Positions 25,973 through 39,833 of a DNA stretch of 64,000 nt are shown in pieces. Below the pieces are notes generated by a model that worked only from the letters and a program-made list of their open reading frames with translations, had not been told where the DNA came from and did no database searches. This DNA is from Octopus sinensis. Lineage: Eukaryota. The position numbers and the translations under genes are program-made. Position 1 is the first letter of the stretch, and each line of letters starts with the position of its first letter. The DNA is taken from contig NC_043022.1 of the NCBI RefSeq assembly GCF_006345805.1, positions 1,674,001 to 1,738,000 of the forward strand, in the 5' to 3' direction.

Positions 25973-26330
25973 ATAAGCCATTTAAGAACTGCTTGCAGGG
26001 GACGAGGTGGTTGCTAAACCAGCTTGAAATAGTAGGCTGAATCTCCCTCAAATTGCAACCTACAGTTTCAACAAACGATGGCCAATATCAGCTATTGTTG
26101 ATCTAGATATGCTGTTTAACAGGCAATATGTATGAATGAATCCAGACGCACAGTCTTCAGCTATGTAACAGTGCTGACAATATATAGAAAGTCGGTTTGA
26201 ATACGTAGAATCCATGCCAACAAGGAAAGATGATGATATGCATCACACACACACAGAGCAATGCTAGAGGAAACCAGTCTGTCAGATGGTGCTAAAATTG
26301 GAGAGTATGGGTGGGAGTAAGAGAGAGTAA

Positions 26331-26559
26331 GGTGGCGAGCTGGCAGAAACGTTAGCACGCCGGGTGAAATGCTTAGCAGTATTTCGTCTGTCGTTACGTT
26401 GTGAGTTCAAATTTCGCCGAGGTCGACTTTGCCTTTCATCCTTTCGGGGTCGATAAATTAAGTACCAGCTATGCACTGGGGTCGATGTAATCGACTTAAT
26501 CCCTATGTCTGTCCTTGTTTGTCCCCTCCATGATTAGCCCCTTGTGGGCAATAAAGAAA
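26331..26559 (+). mobile_element. SINE family B, young tail, 11-bp TSD
   Basis: taagagagagt at 26318-26328 and 26560-26570. Confidence 0.9.
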
Positions 26560-26600
26560 TAAGAGAGAGTGTATGTGTATATATATATATTTATGTGTGC

Positions 26601-26948
26601 AGGTGTGGCTGTGTGGTAAGAAGTTTGTTTCCCAACCATATGGTTCTAGGTTCAGTCCCACAGCCGGGCACCTTGGACAAGTGTTTTCTATTATAACACC
26701 AGGCTAAAAAAAAAAAAAAAAAAAAAAACGTTGTGTGTGTGTGTTTGTCCCCTACTGCTGCTTCACATTCGGTGTTGCTGTTTACATCCCTTTAAGTTAA
26801 CAATTAGCAAATGGGGCCAACAAAATAAGTGCCAGGCTTAAAAAAAAACCCCCAAAAAACTGGGGTCAATTCATTTGACTACACTTCTTCAAAGCAGTGC
26901 CCCAGCATGGCCAGAGTCTGATGACTGAAACAAGCAAGAGGTAAAAGA
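26601..26948 (+). mobile_element. SINE family A, degraded
   Basis: Head and tail recognisable. Confidence 0.75.
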
Positions 26949-26972
26949 AATATATATATGTATGTATGTCCC

Positions 26973-27200
26973 AGGCGAGCTGGCAGAAACATTAGCATGT
27001 CGGGCGAAATGCTTAGCGGTATTTCGTCTGCCGTAACATTCTGAGTTCAAATTCCGCCGAGGTCGACTTTGCCTTTCATCCTTTCGGGGTCGATAAATTA
27101 AGTACCAGTTGCGCACTGGGGTCGATGTAATCGACTTAATCTGTTTGTCTGTCCTTGTTTGTCCCCTCTGTGTTAAGCCCCTTGTGGGTAGTAAAGAAAT
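26973..27200 (+). mobile_element. SINE family B, young tail
   Basis: Flanked by the direct repeat aaagaaatatatatatgtatgtat, which overlaps the tail. Confidence 0.9.
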
Positions 27201-27859
27201 ATATATATGTATGTATATGTATGTATATATATTAGTGAGAGAGAGAGAGTGTGAATGAGAGAAAGAATGTCAAGTGTTGTAATAAATCTTTACATGAATT
27301 TGCTGTGAAGCATCCAATGGCTGCCATGTGTTGATATGGAGTGAAAGAACCGGAAAAGCAGCAGAACAGACACGACTCGTGAAATTCTAAGTATACTTGC
27401 ACCAAGTAACTCCTTTGAAATCTCTCTCTCTCTCAGTCTGAAGAGCCAACCGTTTCCACAGAATAAGCCACCAAGGTATAAACAAATCGGCTGTTAAGTG
27501 TGGGTGCGATGTGAACATCATTACTCGTGCAAGGGTAGAAAGAGAGAAAAGAGAGGGGTGGGTGGGAATGGAATCAACAGCCACAAAATTGGCAAAATGC
27601 CCCATGATGGGGTGATTGGAACCGTAGGCATTCTTATCGTCTCCTTTTGGTAAATTAATTACACAGTTAAAGAATTTGGAGAATATGAGTGAGCGTCTGT
27701 ATTGAAGAAAGGCTGTTACTGAGAGTAGAGATGATCTGCATTGTAGGGGCCACCACCATCACTGGATTGATATTTTATGGGTGAGAAACTAGTGAGGGAG
27801 CACTATGTGGTTGTCCAACCTTCCAGAAATACTACCCAAATTTCCCTTAATGCTTTAGC

Positions 27860-28078
27860 AATTAGACCAGCCATACCCAGCTAAAATATCCTACCTGTTT
27901 TATGTCTGAACTGGCCAGATCTGGTCTCTCACACCTAACCTACAATGTCATTGTAAAAATAAGCTATGATATCATCGACATCTCAAAGCTACAAAATAAT
28001 GTAGGATTAATTTAAAACAATTTGAATTAAAAAAAACACATTACATTTGACAGAGTAATCAGAATGTTGAAGGATTAA
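27860..28078. mobile_element. piggyBac-like MITE family P1, degraded
   Basis: Homologous to 20150-20377. Confidence 0.7.
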
Positions 28079-28633
28079 TGTTTATGATATATATATATAC
28101 ATCGGTAATATATACATCCATTAAATATTCCTCCTGTCTTATGTTTAACCCTAACCCTTGATCTGGTCTCTCAAACCAGAAGAAATAAGCATCACATTTG
28201 ATAAGAGTACTCTGAATGTTAGAAGGGTTGGTGTTAGGAAGGGCATCCAGTCGTAAAATCCCTGCCAAAACAGACAGAGTAGCCTAGGGTAGTTTTTTTT
28301 ACCTGGCTGGCTCCTGACAACCGTCCTACCCATCCATGCATGGAAGATGGATGTTAAACGATGATGATGATTTCTGTTGAAATACACAGCCTTTGTTTAA
28401 ATTGATTTTTTAAAAATAATGGAAAATTTAGTGAAATAACTTTTTGTCATTATGAACCCTTTTGTTGCCAAAACGTCACCAAACATCAGAAACAAACCCC
28501 TAATATTACCCCCTCCCCTGCACACACACACATCCTCATCACCACCACCACCAAATAAAAGACAATAGTCTCAAAGAGGAATTAGTTAATGGGGGCAGCA
28601 GGCAGATCCCTTATTAGATTCACTGTGTTAATG

Positions 28634-28895
28634 CAGTGGCTCTCAACCCCTTTTTTTTTTTACCTAATGACCCTCTTTGATTCCTATTTTATTCCACTGG
28701 ACCCCCATAGTCATCCAATGTTTAAATAAAATCCTCTCAGTTTTATAATCAAATATTTGGAATTACACAAAAAAAAAGAAATTAAAATATTTTGTGTTTT
28801 GTAGAAGAATAAGCAATTTATGGTGAATGAATTTTAACAATGAAATCTTATATGGGACTTCTAAGGGCCATAAGGACCCCTGCTGGGAACCACTG
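28634..28895. mobile_element. hAT-like MITE
   Basis: CAGTGGCTCTCAAC ... GGGAACCACTG termini, imperfect 8-bp flanks tgttaatg/agataatg; related left ends near 4795 and 7108. Confidence 0.65.
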
Positions 28896-29011
28896 AGATA
28901 ATGGTACCACCAAGAGATGAGGGAAAGAAGAAAGATAAGGAGAAGCTAATATTGTAGTGCAACCACACACACACACACACACACACACACGTGTTAGTAT
29001 GCATGCGTGGC

Positions 29012-29050
<39 letters not shown>

Positions 29051-29092
29051 GTGTGTGTGTTTGCGTGTGTGTGTTTGCGTGTGTGTGTTTGC

Positions 29093-29124
<32 letters not shown>

Positions 29125-30225
29125 TTAGTGGTCTTACAAGTTGCTTTTAGAAAAGAAAGAAGACAATGGGTCTCTCATTAGCAGGAAAAATTGAAAATTG
29201 ATATGGTTAGCCATAAATGTGTGTGTGTGTGTGTGTGGCAGGGTACTGTGTTAATACAAGTGCTAATAAAATAATGAGACTTCAACTGAACTAAATACAC
29301 ACAAACGCACACATGTATATAAGTATATATAACGTACACACACACACACCACACATACAAAGACACATACATACATATTCACAGCCGTGGTGAGTAAACC
29401 CCCACTCTCTACCGACCCAATCCAATTCCGAACACAATTATGGAGTTTTTTTTTTTTCTCTGACACAACCACTCCAAAAGAATAAACATTTATTTTATCA
29501 ACCACAACTGCAGCAGCTATTTATAAACACCAGCCATAATTGAAAAAAAAAAGAAAGAAAAAAGTTGGCTGTTAAGAAAGACAAAGAAAAAACAAAAATT
29601 AAACCAACAGTAAAAGCATAAGTGATTTTAAAGAGAATTCAGTGATAAATTCTGTCTATATAAGTGTCAATATTATTATTATCATCATCATTATTACCCC
29701 AGCACCCCCAACCCATGAAGTCCTGCCAAGAAAAACCCACATCGGTTTGACGATGTTGGTGAACTGGTTAATCTTAATACGACAAAGATGAATTGCACAA
29801 AACAAACTTGTGTTCTAATTGCAGACAAGGTTTGTTTTGGCTCTCGTTATAAATACACACTCACACACACACACACACACACAATTTGTTGTCTCCCACT
29901 CTCACAGCAAATGGTTGGATTAATTACCGACCTTTTTTTTTGTTTTATTTCCAACAAACAGCAGCTTGTACTAGATAGGAAAGCAGATAGATGCCCAACA
30001 CCCGGATGAGAACTTTTTCTCTAGGTGCTGCTGTACTTGGGGAGGGGAAACACCTAGTTTCAATGAAATCTGGCTTGAAACTCAAATGTGGTTTGAACAA
30101 GTCCCTTAACGCTAGAAAGTGAGGGGCTTTCCTAAGAATCTAACACATTCACACACACAAGGTCTGTCTTATTAATAGCAACACACACACACAGAGTCTG
30201 TTTTATTAATGGCACTTCAGACAAC

Positions 30226-30525
30226 GTGGAGGCACATGGCCTAGTGGTTAGAGCAGTGGACTTGCAGTCGAGGGATCGCGGGTTCGAATCTCAGACTTGT
30301 TGATGTGTGTGTTTATGAGCAAAACGCCTAAGCTCCACGCGGCTCCGGCAGAAGGTAATGGCGAGTTTCTGCTGACTCTTTCGCCAGAACTTTCTCTCAC
30401 TCTTTCCTCCTACATCTTGCAGCTCACCTGCGACGGACCGGTGTCCTGTCCAGGTGGGGAACCTATACACCAAGGAAATCGGGAAACCGGCCCTTATGAG
30501 CCAGGCGTAGCTTGAGAAGGAACAA
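30226..30525 (+). mobile_element. SINE family C with 12-bp TSD
   Basis: acttcagacaac at 30214-30225 and 30526-30537; A box TGGCCTAGTGG, B box GGTTCGAATC. Confidence 0.9.
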
Positions 30526-31957
30526 ACTTCAGACAACACAGTGCAGAAAAAGCAGAGTTTCCAGTAGTAAAGAAACAGACAGCCAAAACTGCTCAAATTC
30601 CATGTGATTATAATGTGTGTGTATCATCATCATTGTTCAACGTCTGCTCTCCATGCTGGCATGGTTTCTACAGCTGGATGCCCTTCCTAATGCCAACCAC
30701 TTTTCAGATTGTGCTGGGTGATTTTTAGGTTCCACCGGCTCAAATGCGTCTATGGAGCTCTGGCATGGGTGCGTTAATGCAGCACCTGAAAGGACAGGTG
30801 TGTATGTGTGGAAGATTTTACTTAGCTCGAGACGTAAAAATTGCTGTGTGTGTGTGTGTTGATCATTTCCAGTCTGCCAAGGGGAAATATTACTTGGTTT
30901 TGATAAAAGGCGAGGGTTGGGATCTGGAAGAGCATCCAGCCATGGAAGATCTGCTTCAACAAAAATCTTGTCTGACTCTTTGCAAGCATGGAAATGGGGG
31001 GGGGATGTTAAAATGATGACAACGAGACTCCTCTTCACCCCCCCCCCATCACTGCATTGCTCATTTCTGGTTACAATTAATTGAGACTTGAATGAGTCTA
31101 CCCATCTTACATAAGTTTATACTGGGAGTGGGAGAGAGATGGGAGAGGGAGGAGGAGAGGGGGAAGAGAGAGAGGGAGGAAAAGAGAGGGAGAAAAAGAG
31201 AGAGAGAGAGAGAGGGAGGGAGTTGACTCGTTAAATTTCTGTTCAATGTCTACTTCTGGAAACCTTAATTGTAGCAAAGTGCAGACACAGAATGTGGTGA
31301 GCATGCTCGTTTTCTGTTAATTAGTTAATTGGTACTGCTGGGTGCTGGTGTGATGACAAAGTAGTTAAAACAAATGAAAATAACAATTAAACAATAAAAT
31401 TGGGGACTAACATACTTAATGTAGTAAATTGAGAATATTTAATTAACATAATACCCAGTGCAGGAAAGTTGGTTCTGATAACTGCAAAATTCCAATGTTT
31501 TTAGAAAAATTTTGCGTAACTCCCATTATTTCTCAAGTGTACCCCAATGGGTACACATAACCCAGTTCGAGAACCCTGTGTTGTGCAGAGGGTTCTTCAT
31601 TGCCTGCGAAATTTAATGTTTTTCCAAGGCAGGAAATTTGTTTTCATACGGCAGTGAAGATGAGAATACCAGCAGCCAGTGAAATTATTGCAACGTTGAT
31701 AGCTCATATCATAAAAAAAAAATAATTTTTTTTTTTGGTGCCAGTGAGAGAAATACAGTGTTTGATGGGCAGAAAGCAATTTTTGTTTAACCGCAAAGAT
31801 TTTAGCAAAAGACAGCACCAAAGAGGGATATCGTATGACAAGGGAGGAACTGCTTGCTTGCAGAGCTGGCACATAAACAACAGCAACTGTTTGCTTTAGA
31901 TTTCTTATAAACACCCAACATTCAACAAGGCAGACGTGGTATCACCCAGTTTTACTC

Positions 31958-32175
31958 TTTTTAGCATTTAGACCCATCCATATCCAGCCAAAAGATTTCT
32001 ACCCATTTTCTGTTTAAACCAGTCAGATCTAGCCTCTCACACCTATCCCACAATGTCATTCTAAAAATAAACAATCACATCATCGATGTCTCAAAGCTTT
32101 GAGATAATGCAGGATTAATTCAAAATGTGAATTAAAAAAACATTACATTTGATGCAGTAATTTGAACGTTGAAGG
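31958..32175. mobile_element. piggyBac-like MITE family P1, degraded
   Basis: Homologous to 20150-20377. Confidence 0.7.
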
Positions 32176-32177
32176 TA

Positions 32178-32408
32178 GGTGGTGAGCTGGCAGAGTGGTT
32201 AGCATGCTGGGCGAAATACTTAGCGGTATTGCGTCTGCTGTTACGTTCTGAGTTCAAATTCCGTCGAGGTTGACTTTGCCTTTCATCCTTTCAGGGTTGA
32301 TAAATTAAGTACCAGTTACGCATTGGGGTCGATGTAATTGACTTAATTCCTTTGTCTGCCCTTGTTTGTTCCGTCTATGTTTAGCCCCTTGTGGGCAATA
32401 AAGAAATA
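32178..32408 (+). mobile_element. SINE family B, young tail
   Basis: Full head, body and tail; followed by an older-tail fragment to ~32518. Confidence 0.85.
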
Positions 32409-34039
32409 AGCAACGTTAGCATGGTGTCGATAAATTAAGTACTGGTTGCATACTGGAGTCAATCTAATCGACTGCCCCCACCCCCGAATTTCGGGCCTTG
32501 TGCCTAGAGTAGAAAATATGAATGTCGAACAGTAATATATACATATACTGACTATTCTACCTGTTTTGTGTTCAAACTTACCAGATATGGCCTCCCACAC
32601 TAACGCTACAATGTCCTAAAAATAATCCCATCATTGAAATCTCAAAGCTACGAAAATATGTATGATTAATTGCAAAACAAAAGCGTTGGTACCCGGAGTA
32701 CTTTTAGTAGAGATTAGTAGGTCTTCCTTCCTTTCTCATTCCCACCAACCTCAGAGCCCCTATAAAGGATCATACACACAACCCTAGTTCCTCACAGAAA
32801 GTATCACAGCCCCGACCAACACTCCAGTCATCATCACCACAATTGGAATCAGCACTTGAAACCAGAATACACACAGAACAGAAAAGGGGTCCAGCAGGGA
32901 ATCCCACCTGATGTACCAACAATCCAATAACATTTAATACTATATTGTATTCAACCCCGAAAGGATGGAAAGTAAAGTTGACCTCGGCTGGATTTGAACT
33001 CAGAATGTATATTACCAAAAAAAATAGCACAAATCATTTTACCTGATGCTCCCCCAACTTTGCCAATTTGATGTTTTACAAAAGTAAATTAAATCCGTCT
33101 TAGTTCCTGGTTACATTGTTTACACTGGACATTGACTGGATTTGAACTCAGAATGTAAACAATCGGAAGATATTCCACAAAATGATCAACCCGGTGCTCC
33201 TCTATCAACCTTTGCTAATTTGCTGCCTTACAAAAGTAATTAAGATTTATCGCCTTATAATAGTTCGTGGTTGTTCCCGTGCTTATGTTAGGCCTTGACG
33301 GGAACTGAACTCAGAAAGCAAAGTGTTGAGAGAAATACCGCAAAACAATCTCCACAGCACTCTGCCAACCTTCGCCAATTTGTTACCTTACAAAAGCAAT
33401 TGAGATTTATCGAATTACAATAGCTCACAATTATATGGTTACATGGTTTCATTAATAAAATAACCTTCTTTGAAGACAAATTTCACATTCACTAAATTCC
33501 CAGGTAATATAATTATTACAAAACAAAAGACACAAAATACCCCCTCCTATCCATACTCAACCCCCCCTTTCTCACAGCCCAACTTAAATAAATTACACAA
33601 CCCTTATCAAAGTGGTTTTCCTGGTCCTATTCAAACATCTTAATTACTTCACACTTCCCTCTCATCGTGTAGGTCTTATGCTTTGGCCTTCGTTTATAGC
33701 CAGAGAGCAAATTCACTGGTTTTTCTGGTCGGCTTTTCTTTCCTCTCAGAGTGAGGGTGGAGTAGAAGAAAGGAGAACGGGGTAGAGACAAATGAACTGA
33801 TGGAAGCTAATTAGTGAAACGAGGTGTTGCTGATGTTTAGCAGAGCCAAGGGAGAAAAAAAGAAAAAAGAAAAAAAAACCTGTATTTTTTCTGGTTGAAA
33901 ATTTACAACCATGCAATGAATCAGCCATTGAACAACGGCTGTTACCTGCTTCATAAGTATTTCAGGTATTCCAGAGTACAACAAGTTCAAGTACATACAT
34001 CAATAACGATGATGATAGTCACAACCAAATTTTGGCAAA

Positions 34040-34232
34040 AGGCCAGGAATTTTGAGGGAGGGGGCAAGTCGATCACATCAAACCCAGTATTCAAATGGGG
34101 TTTGTTTTATTGACCTTGAAAGGATGGAAGGCAAAGTTGAGCTCGGTGGAATTTGAACTCAGAACGTAGAGATAGACAAGACACCACTAAGCATTCTGCC
34201 TGACATGCTAACGATTCTGCCAGCTCGTTGCC
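34040..34232 (-). mobile_element. SINE family B, older tail
   Basis: Reverse complement of family B. Confidence 0.75.
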
Positions 34233-34433
34233 TTAATAACAATAAAAAGTTTCAAATTTTGGCACAAGGCCAGTAATTTCAAGGGAGGGAATATGTTGAA
34301 TAAAACGACCCCCAGGGTTCAATCTGAGAGGGGAATATGTTGAATAAAATCATAATTAACTGATTCTCCTGTATTTTCTTTTACCCAAAACCAGGAACTT
34401 TTCAGCATCCCTTCATGTGCGTGTGTGTGTATA

Positions 34434-34653
34434 TGAAGGGACACTGAAAAGTCCCTGGCCTTAAGAGTATCACAAAAGGCCTGGTTGGAGGCCCAACCTT
34501 CCCAGTTCTTTTACAGGGCTTAGAAAAACTGAAGGACCCCTGCAGTAAGTGTGTGAATCTGAGAGGGGAATATGTTGAATAAGATCATAATTAACTGATT
34601 CTCCTGTATTTTCTTTTACCCAAAGCCAGGACCTTTTCAGCCCCCACCCCTCG
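34434..34653 (+). mobile_element. Mariner-derived MITE, plus an upstream 3'-half copy at 34320-34416
   Basis: TA-tgaagggacactgaaaagtccctggc ... gccaggaccttttcagcccccacccctcg-TA. Internal frame LQGLEKLKDPCSKCVNLRGEYVE* resembles a mariner transposase C-terminus. Confidence 0.8.
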
Positions 34654-37166
34654 TAAATGTGGCTTCACTGAAGGGTGATGGCAGCCACTACATATTTCTC
34701 AAGAAGTCAGAGACCAGACGAATGTAATGAACCCGACTATGTGCATCTCGCTCTCCTTAACACACAGAAAGGGGATTATGGCTGTAACCTGGAACTAAAA
34801 GGTAAAAAAAAAAAGGCTTCACTGAAGGATTTTTCCATAAGAAACAAAATGTACCTCATTAGAGAGGTGGTCATGGAAGGGTTAACTAGTTCAACATCTC
34901 TAACTCAAATCACTCTCAAAACAAACAGGATGTAAATTCTAGACACGTTGCCATCTTCCCTGAGTGCACCTGCATGTGCATTAGTATGCAAGCGAGTGCT
35001 TGTGCCCCCACCCATCCACCGTTTCATATAAAATGCTGGCTTTTCATGCATTGCTGACTCGGGCATCGAGTAACATTTGTCATTACTGACACATGCAACA
35101 ATGCATGGCAGAATCAGCCATGTGCATCGGATCAAAAATACAACCTAGAACCTCTGCAAGATAAACAGGCATCACCCACCCCTACTTGTTGTTGTTTAAC
35201 CCCAGGTCAATACTAACCCAGCAGATCTATTTCCAAAAGCTTTCCAGCCATGACCATTCAAACTTATTTTCGAAAGCATAGCTTACCTAGGGACTCCATC
35301 ATCTAATGTGCCCATTTTTCCATCTTTTTTAAAGATGGTAGGATGTAATTTAAGGAATATTTGGCTGCTATTTATAGTGGATTGGGTAACTATGTTGAAG
35401 TTCCTTCCTCAGCCTGTTTTTAGCAGCAGTGCTGGAATATATAGAATGCAAGCTAACCATTTTTTCCCCCCTAATAAATACCAAACTTGCTATGACTATT
35501 AACAATGGTATCTATTATGTATTTTAGTTTTGGGAATTACTCTGCTGAAACAGCAGAAATGGTAACGCTTTCTGCCCTGTTCCCATGCCGAACACACAGC
35601 CTGTAGATCTGCTAAATTCCTGGCTTTAACATTTGTCGATTCTCATGCAAATATTTGTGTAGCGAACGTTAAGCCTGGCAGAGTTAAAACAGGAATCTCT
35701 TTTTATGTCACAGAATTTCAAAATATGGCATCAGAGACATCAACTGTGTCAATGGTAGGTTATTTATGTTGTTGTGGTTTGCCCTGTGACAGTTATGATT
35801 GGACATGCCTATCACCAATGACATTCTAGATGTGACCATCTCATCTATTTGCTCAGCCAAGGTTAATTATTCTCTCCCAACCCTTTTAGTTTCCAAGATG
35901 GTAGGCTCTGATTTCTTACCAGGAGGGCATCCTGAATACCATAGGCAATGAAATGGTTGGAAGCGTTGGAGCCACAGACAAAATATCTTGTGACATTTAT
36001 TCTGGTTCTTTGCAATTTGAGTTCAAATCCTGCTGAGATTGGCTTTGCCTTTTGTCCTTCATGGGTCCAATAAAACAAAGGGCAGTGGAACTGGTGAAAT
36101 TCTTAGGGTGTTGGATTGGATGTTTAGTGGAACTTACTCTGACTCTCTGCATTCAGAGTTCAAATCCTACCATAGCATCACTGGGTGGTACACATAATCT
36201 ATCACCTGATTTAATATCATCATCTGGCACATGGGGCACCTTTAGTGGAATCTGCCCTGTTGCAAGCATAGAGACAAATCTTACTCCCTCTCACCTGTTG
36301 TAGAGGCCCTGAGAAAAGACAAAGGCATGGCCATTCCTTCTTAACTAAGTAATGAGAAAAAGGGCATGGTGCTTACAACTCAACCCTCCATTTCTGATAA
36401 CTTTTAAAAAACCAGTTTGGTTCCAAAGAGTCTAGAAAACAATATTTAGATCATCTGAAAGAATCTAGAGATTGGAGCCTCTTGTTTCAAACAGTGGGCG
36501 GTAAGGTAATATTTATTTGTAATCTAAAATGTCAAGCTAGTTCCTGTAGCGATACCAAGACATGATGTTGGGTGAAGAACAATGATGCAACAAGTTTGGG
36601 GAAATATAAAAAAAACTCAAAAAAATCTGACTTTTGTAATAAAAAATTGAAGTTCAAAGAACAGTGGTATGTGAGAATAAAAGCTATACAATAAGTTCCT
36701 TTCATGGGAATGTGAGCAATACCAGGTTCTGTGTCTCTTCTATCATAGAAGATATTTTCAATGAAGAGGCTACATTTTTTTATATATATACCGAGCCATC
36801 AGACGCTTCTAATTCCATCGTAAAAACTTCCCATTTCAAAGTGACCTGAATTAAATCTGAGCTTCCAAATTTCATGTTAATTAAGGTTCTGAATACCACA
36901 TTTAACCTTTCCATTACCATATTTCTGTAGAAATACACATTTTTATTTCAATGAATTTCGAAAATGATGAAGAGTTTAGTAAAATAACTGTCATTATTAA
37001 TCAAGTGAGCTGGCAGAATCGTTAGCACACAGGACTTTCGTCTGTCTTAAGGTTCCGAGTTCAACTTTGCCTTTCATACTTTCAGGGTTCAGGGTCAATA
37101 AATTAGTACCAGTAGAGCACTTTAAATTAACAAGAAATTTTGATGGAAGACTAACTTAGATCACTT

Positions 37167-37343
37167 TAACCCTTTTGTTACCATACTTGTATTGAAATAC
37201 ACTGCTTTTGTTTAAATGAATTTCGAATATAATAAAGAATTTTTAAAGACAACTTTGTCCTCATTAAGCTGGTGTTTGGAACAGAACATGAAAGCTTAAG
37301 AGAAAAAGACTGGTTTCAGGCAAATTGGTATAAACGGGATTAA
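37167..37343. mobile_element. piggyBac-like MITE family P2
   Basis: TTAA-CCCTTTTGTTACC ... ggtataaacgggaTTAA; a related interrupted copy starts at 36902. Confidence 0.65.
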
Positions 37344-37468
37344 AATGATTTTAATTAAAATCTTCTGTTGAAATTTCATGTTACGTTATATTCCAAACAC
37401 CAGTTTAGTTGCAACTAAGTCATTTTACTAAATTCATTATTTTCAAAACTGAAACAAAGCCAGTGAAT

Positions 37469-37928
37469 AGGCGTAGGAGTGGCTGTGTGGTAAGTAGCTT
37501 GCTTACGAAGCACATGGTTCTGAGTTCAGTCCCACTGCGTGGCACCTTGGGCAAGTGTCTTCTACTATAGCCTTGGGCCAACCAAAGCTTTGTGAGTGGA
37601 TTTGGTAGACGGAAACTGAAAGAAGCCTGTTGTATGTATGTATATATATATATATATATACATACACACACACACACACACACATATACATACATACATA
37701 TATATATATATATATGTGTGTGTGTGTATGTTTGTGTGTGTTTGTCCCAACATCGCTTGACAACTGATGCTGGTGTGTTTACGTCCCCGTCACTTAGCGG
37801 TTCGGCAAAAGAGAACAGAATAAGTACTAGGCTTACAAAGAATAAGTCCTGGGGTCAATTTGCTCGACTAAAGGTGGTGCTCCAGCATGGCCACAGTCAA
37901 ATGACTGAAACAAGTAAAAGAAATAAAA
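37469..37928 (+). mobile_element. SINE family A, full length
   Basis: Near-consensus copy. Confidence 0.9.
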
Positions 37929-38924
37929 GAAAGAAGAAAAGCGTATCTCAAAAGAAATATGGTAACAGAAGGGTTAAAGTGATCTAAATTATAACCTTCC
38001 CTCAAAATTCCATTTTAATTTATGTTCTAAACACCAGATTAATAATGACAAAGTTATTTTAATAATTATTGTTGTATTACAGGAGAGTCTTTTTTTTTTT
38101 TGGCCAAATGAACACACACACTATATATTAGTTCTTCACTCATTTATAATTAGTCTTATTTTAACTTGTATCCATTGTCCGAAAATCTTTTGTCACACAT
38201 CTGTGACCTCTCCAGCAACACTCTCCATCCTCGCGTGTGCTCCTGCTTGGTTCGTTAGCCAGGACAATTAAGTGAACATCGATAGGAATGAACTAAAATT
38301 CATAAACGTACTTTAATAAATTATTTCCAAAATTCATTGAAACAAACTTGGTGCATTTCAAGAGGAACATGGTAACAAAAGGGTTAAACATGACAAAACA
38401 GTCATGGCACCATTGTTCTAACCCCAATATCAGATCTTGGTATCTCTCAGCTTGAACTGGCATGACCTTTTGAAATACAAATAAATACCATCCACCACAC
38501 ACATTTCAAACAAAAGACTTCAGTCTACAGATTCTTCCAAGACAATCCAAATATTGTCTTCTGAAGACATCTGAACTTAGCTAACCCTGTTTAGATTATC
38601 ACAAATAAAGGGCTGTGCTGTGAACACCACCTGCCCTACATTCCATTCTAGTGGAATTATGCTTTGGTTAAACATCCACCCTACCCACCACTGCCAGCAT
38701 AGAGACTATAATTCTACCAATACTGAAGAATTACTATAAGAACGATGGGGGGTGAGTGGATGTGAGGCTTTCAAGAATAGATTCTTTCTTATGTGAGATT
38801 TTTTGAAGTAAACATCTTTTGGCCTCTACAGAACCCTACCATAACAGCAGATGGCCAGAAAACAATACACGCATGAATTATGGGTGAAATGCACACCCTT
38901 CTACTGTTTATTGTTCCTAATATG

Positions 38925-39125
38925 TTGCCCTGTTGTTCTGACAATAGATGGAATAGTAAGTTGCCAGAGGGGACACCAGATGGAAGGGAAGACCATGCAG
39001 AAGTTGGAATGAAGACTGTTAAATTCTTTGGCACCCAAACATGGATGAGGAAATCAGTGGACAGTGGTTGGTGGAGAGAACACAGAGGCCTTCGTCCAGC
39101 ACTGGATTGAACATGTGCAAGGAGG
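38925..39125 (+). mobile_element. RTE-clade LINE extreme 3' coding remnant, frameshifted
   Basis: DNRWNSKLPEGTP...(RPCRSWNED)...FFGTQTWMRKSVDSGWWREHR/EAFVQHWIE resembles the RTE C-terminal RP..RW...DR..W...EAFVQ.W pattern. Confidence 0.6.
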
Positions 39126-39427
39126 CTGCTGCTCTCGAAACATTGGGTCAAATCCTGATGGAGCGTGAAACAAACGGAGTCTCGGGGCATCAAGAGTTTT
39201 GGCTACATTAGAAATATTGAGACTGTTTGTTTATAACCATGGCATCAAACACAGAACCACAAGGACGCAAACAACCTTCTGAAACACAGAATTTACGTAC
39301 CAGCACACACACAGGCAAATGGCCTAGTGGTTAGGGTATTGCACTCACAATCGTAATATCATAGTTTCAATTCCCAGTCACTGCAACATCTGACATTTGG
39401 TTAATAATTGAATGCCGTGAGTTTAAA

Positions 39428-39833
39428 TACTCTTTTACTCTCTTTTACTTGTTTCAGTCATTTGATTGCGGCCATGCTGGAGCACCGCCTTTAGTCGAGT
39501 AAATCGACCCCGGGACTTATTCTTTGTAAGCCCAGTACTTATTCTATCGGTCTCTTTTGCCGAACTGCTAAGTGACGGGGACGTAAACACACCAGCATCG
39601 GTTGTCAAGCAATGCTAGGGGGACAAACACAGACACACAAACACACACATATATATATATATACATATATACGACAGGCTTCTTTCAGTTTCCGTCTACC
39701 AAATCCACTCACAAGGCATTGGTCGGCCCGGGGCTATAGCAGAAGACACTTGCCCAAGATGCCACGCAGTGGGACTGAACCCGGAACCATGTGGTTGGTT
39801 AGCAAGCTACTTACCACACAGCCACTCCTGCGC
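39428..39833 (-). mobile_element. SINE family A, full length, young
   Basis: Reverse complement, near consensus. Confidence 0.9.

Noticed and set aside
27436-27474. 39-nt micro-exon candidate after (CT)n-cag with an aag/gtataa donor
   Set aside because: Acceptor arises from a microsatellite and the donor is weak; no other support.
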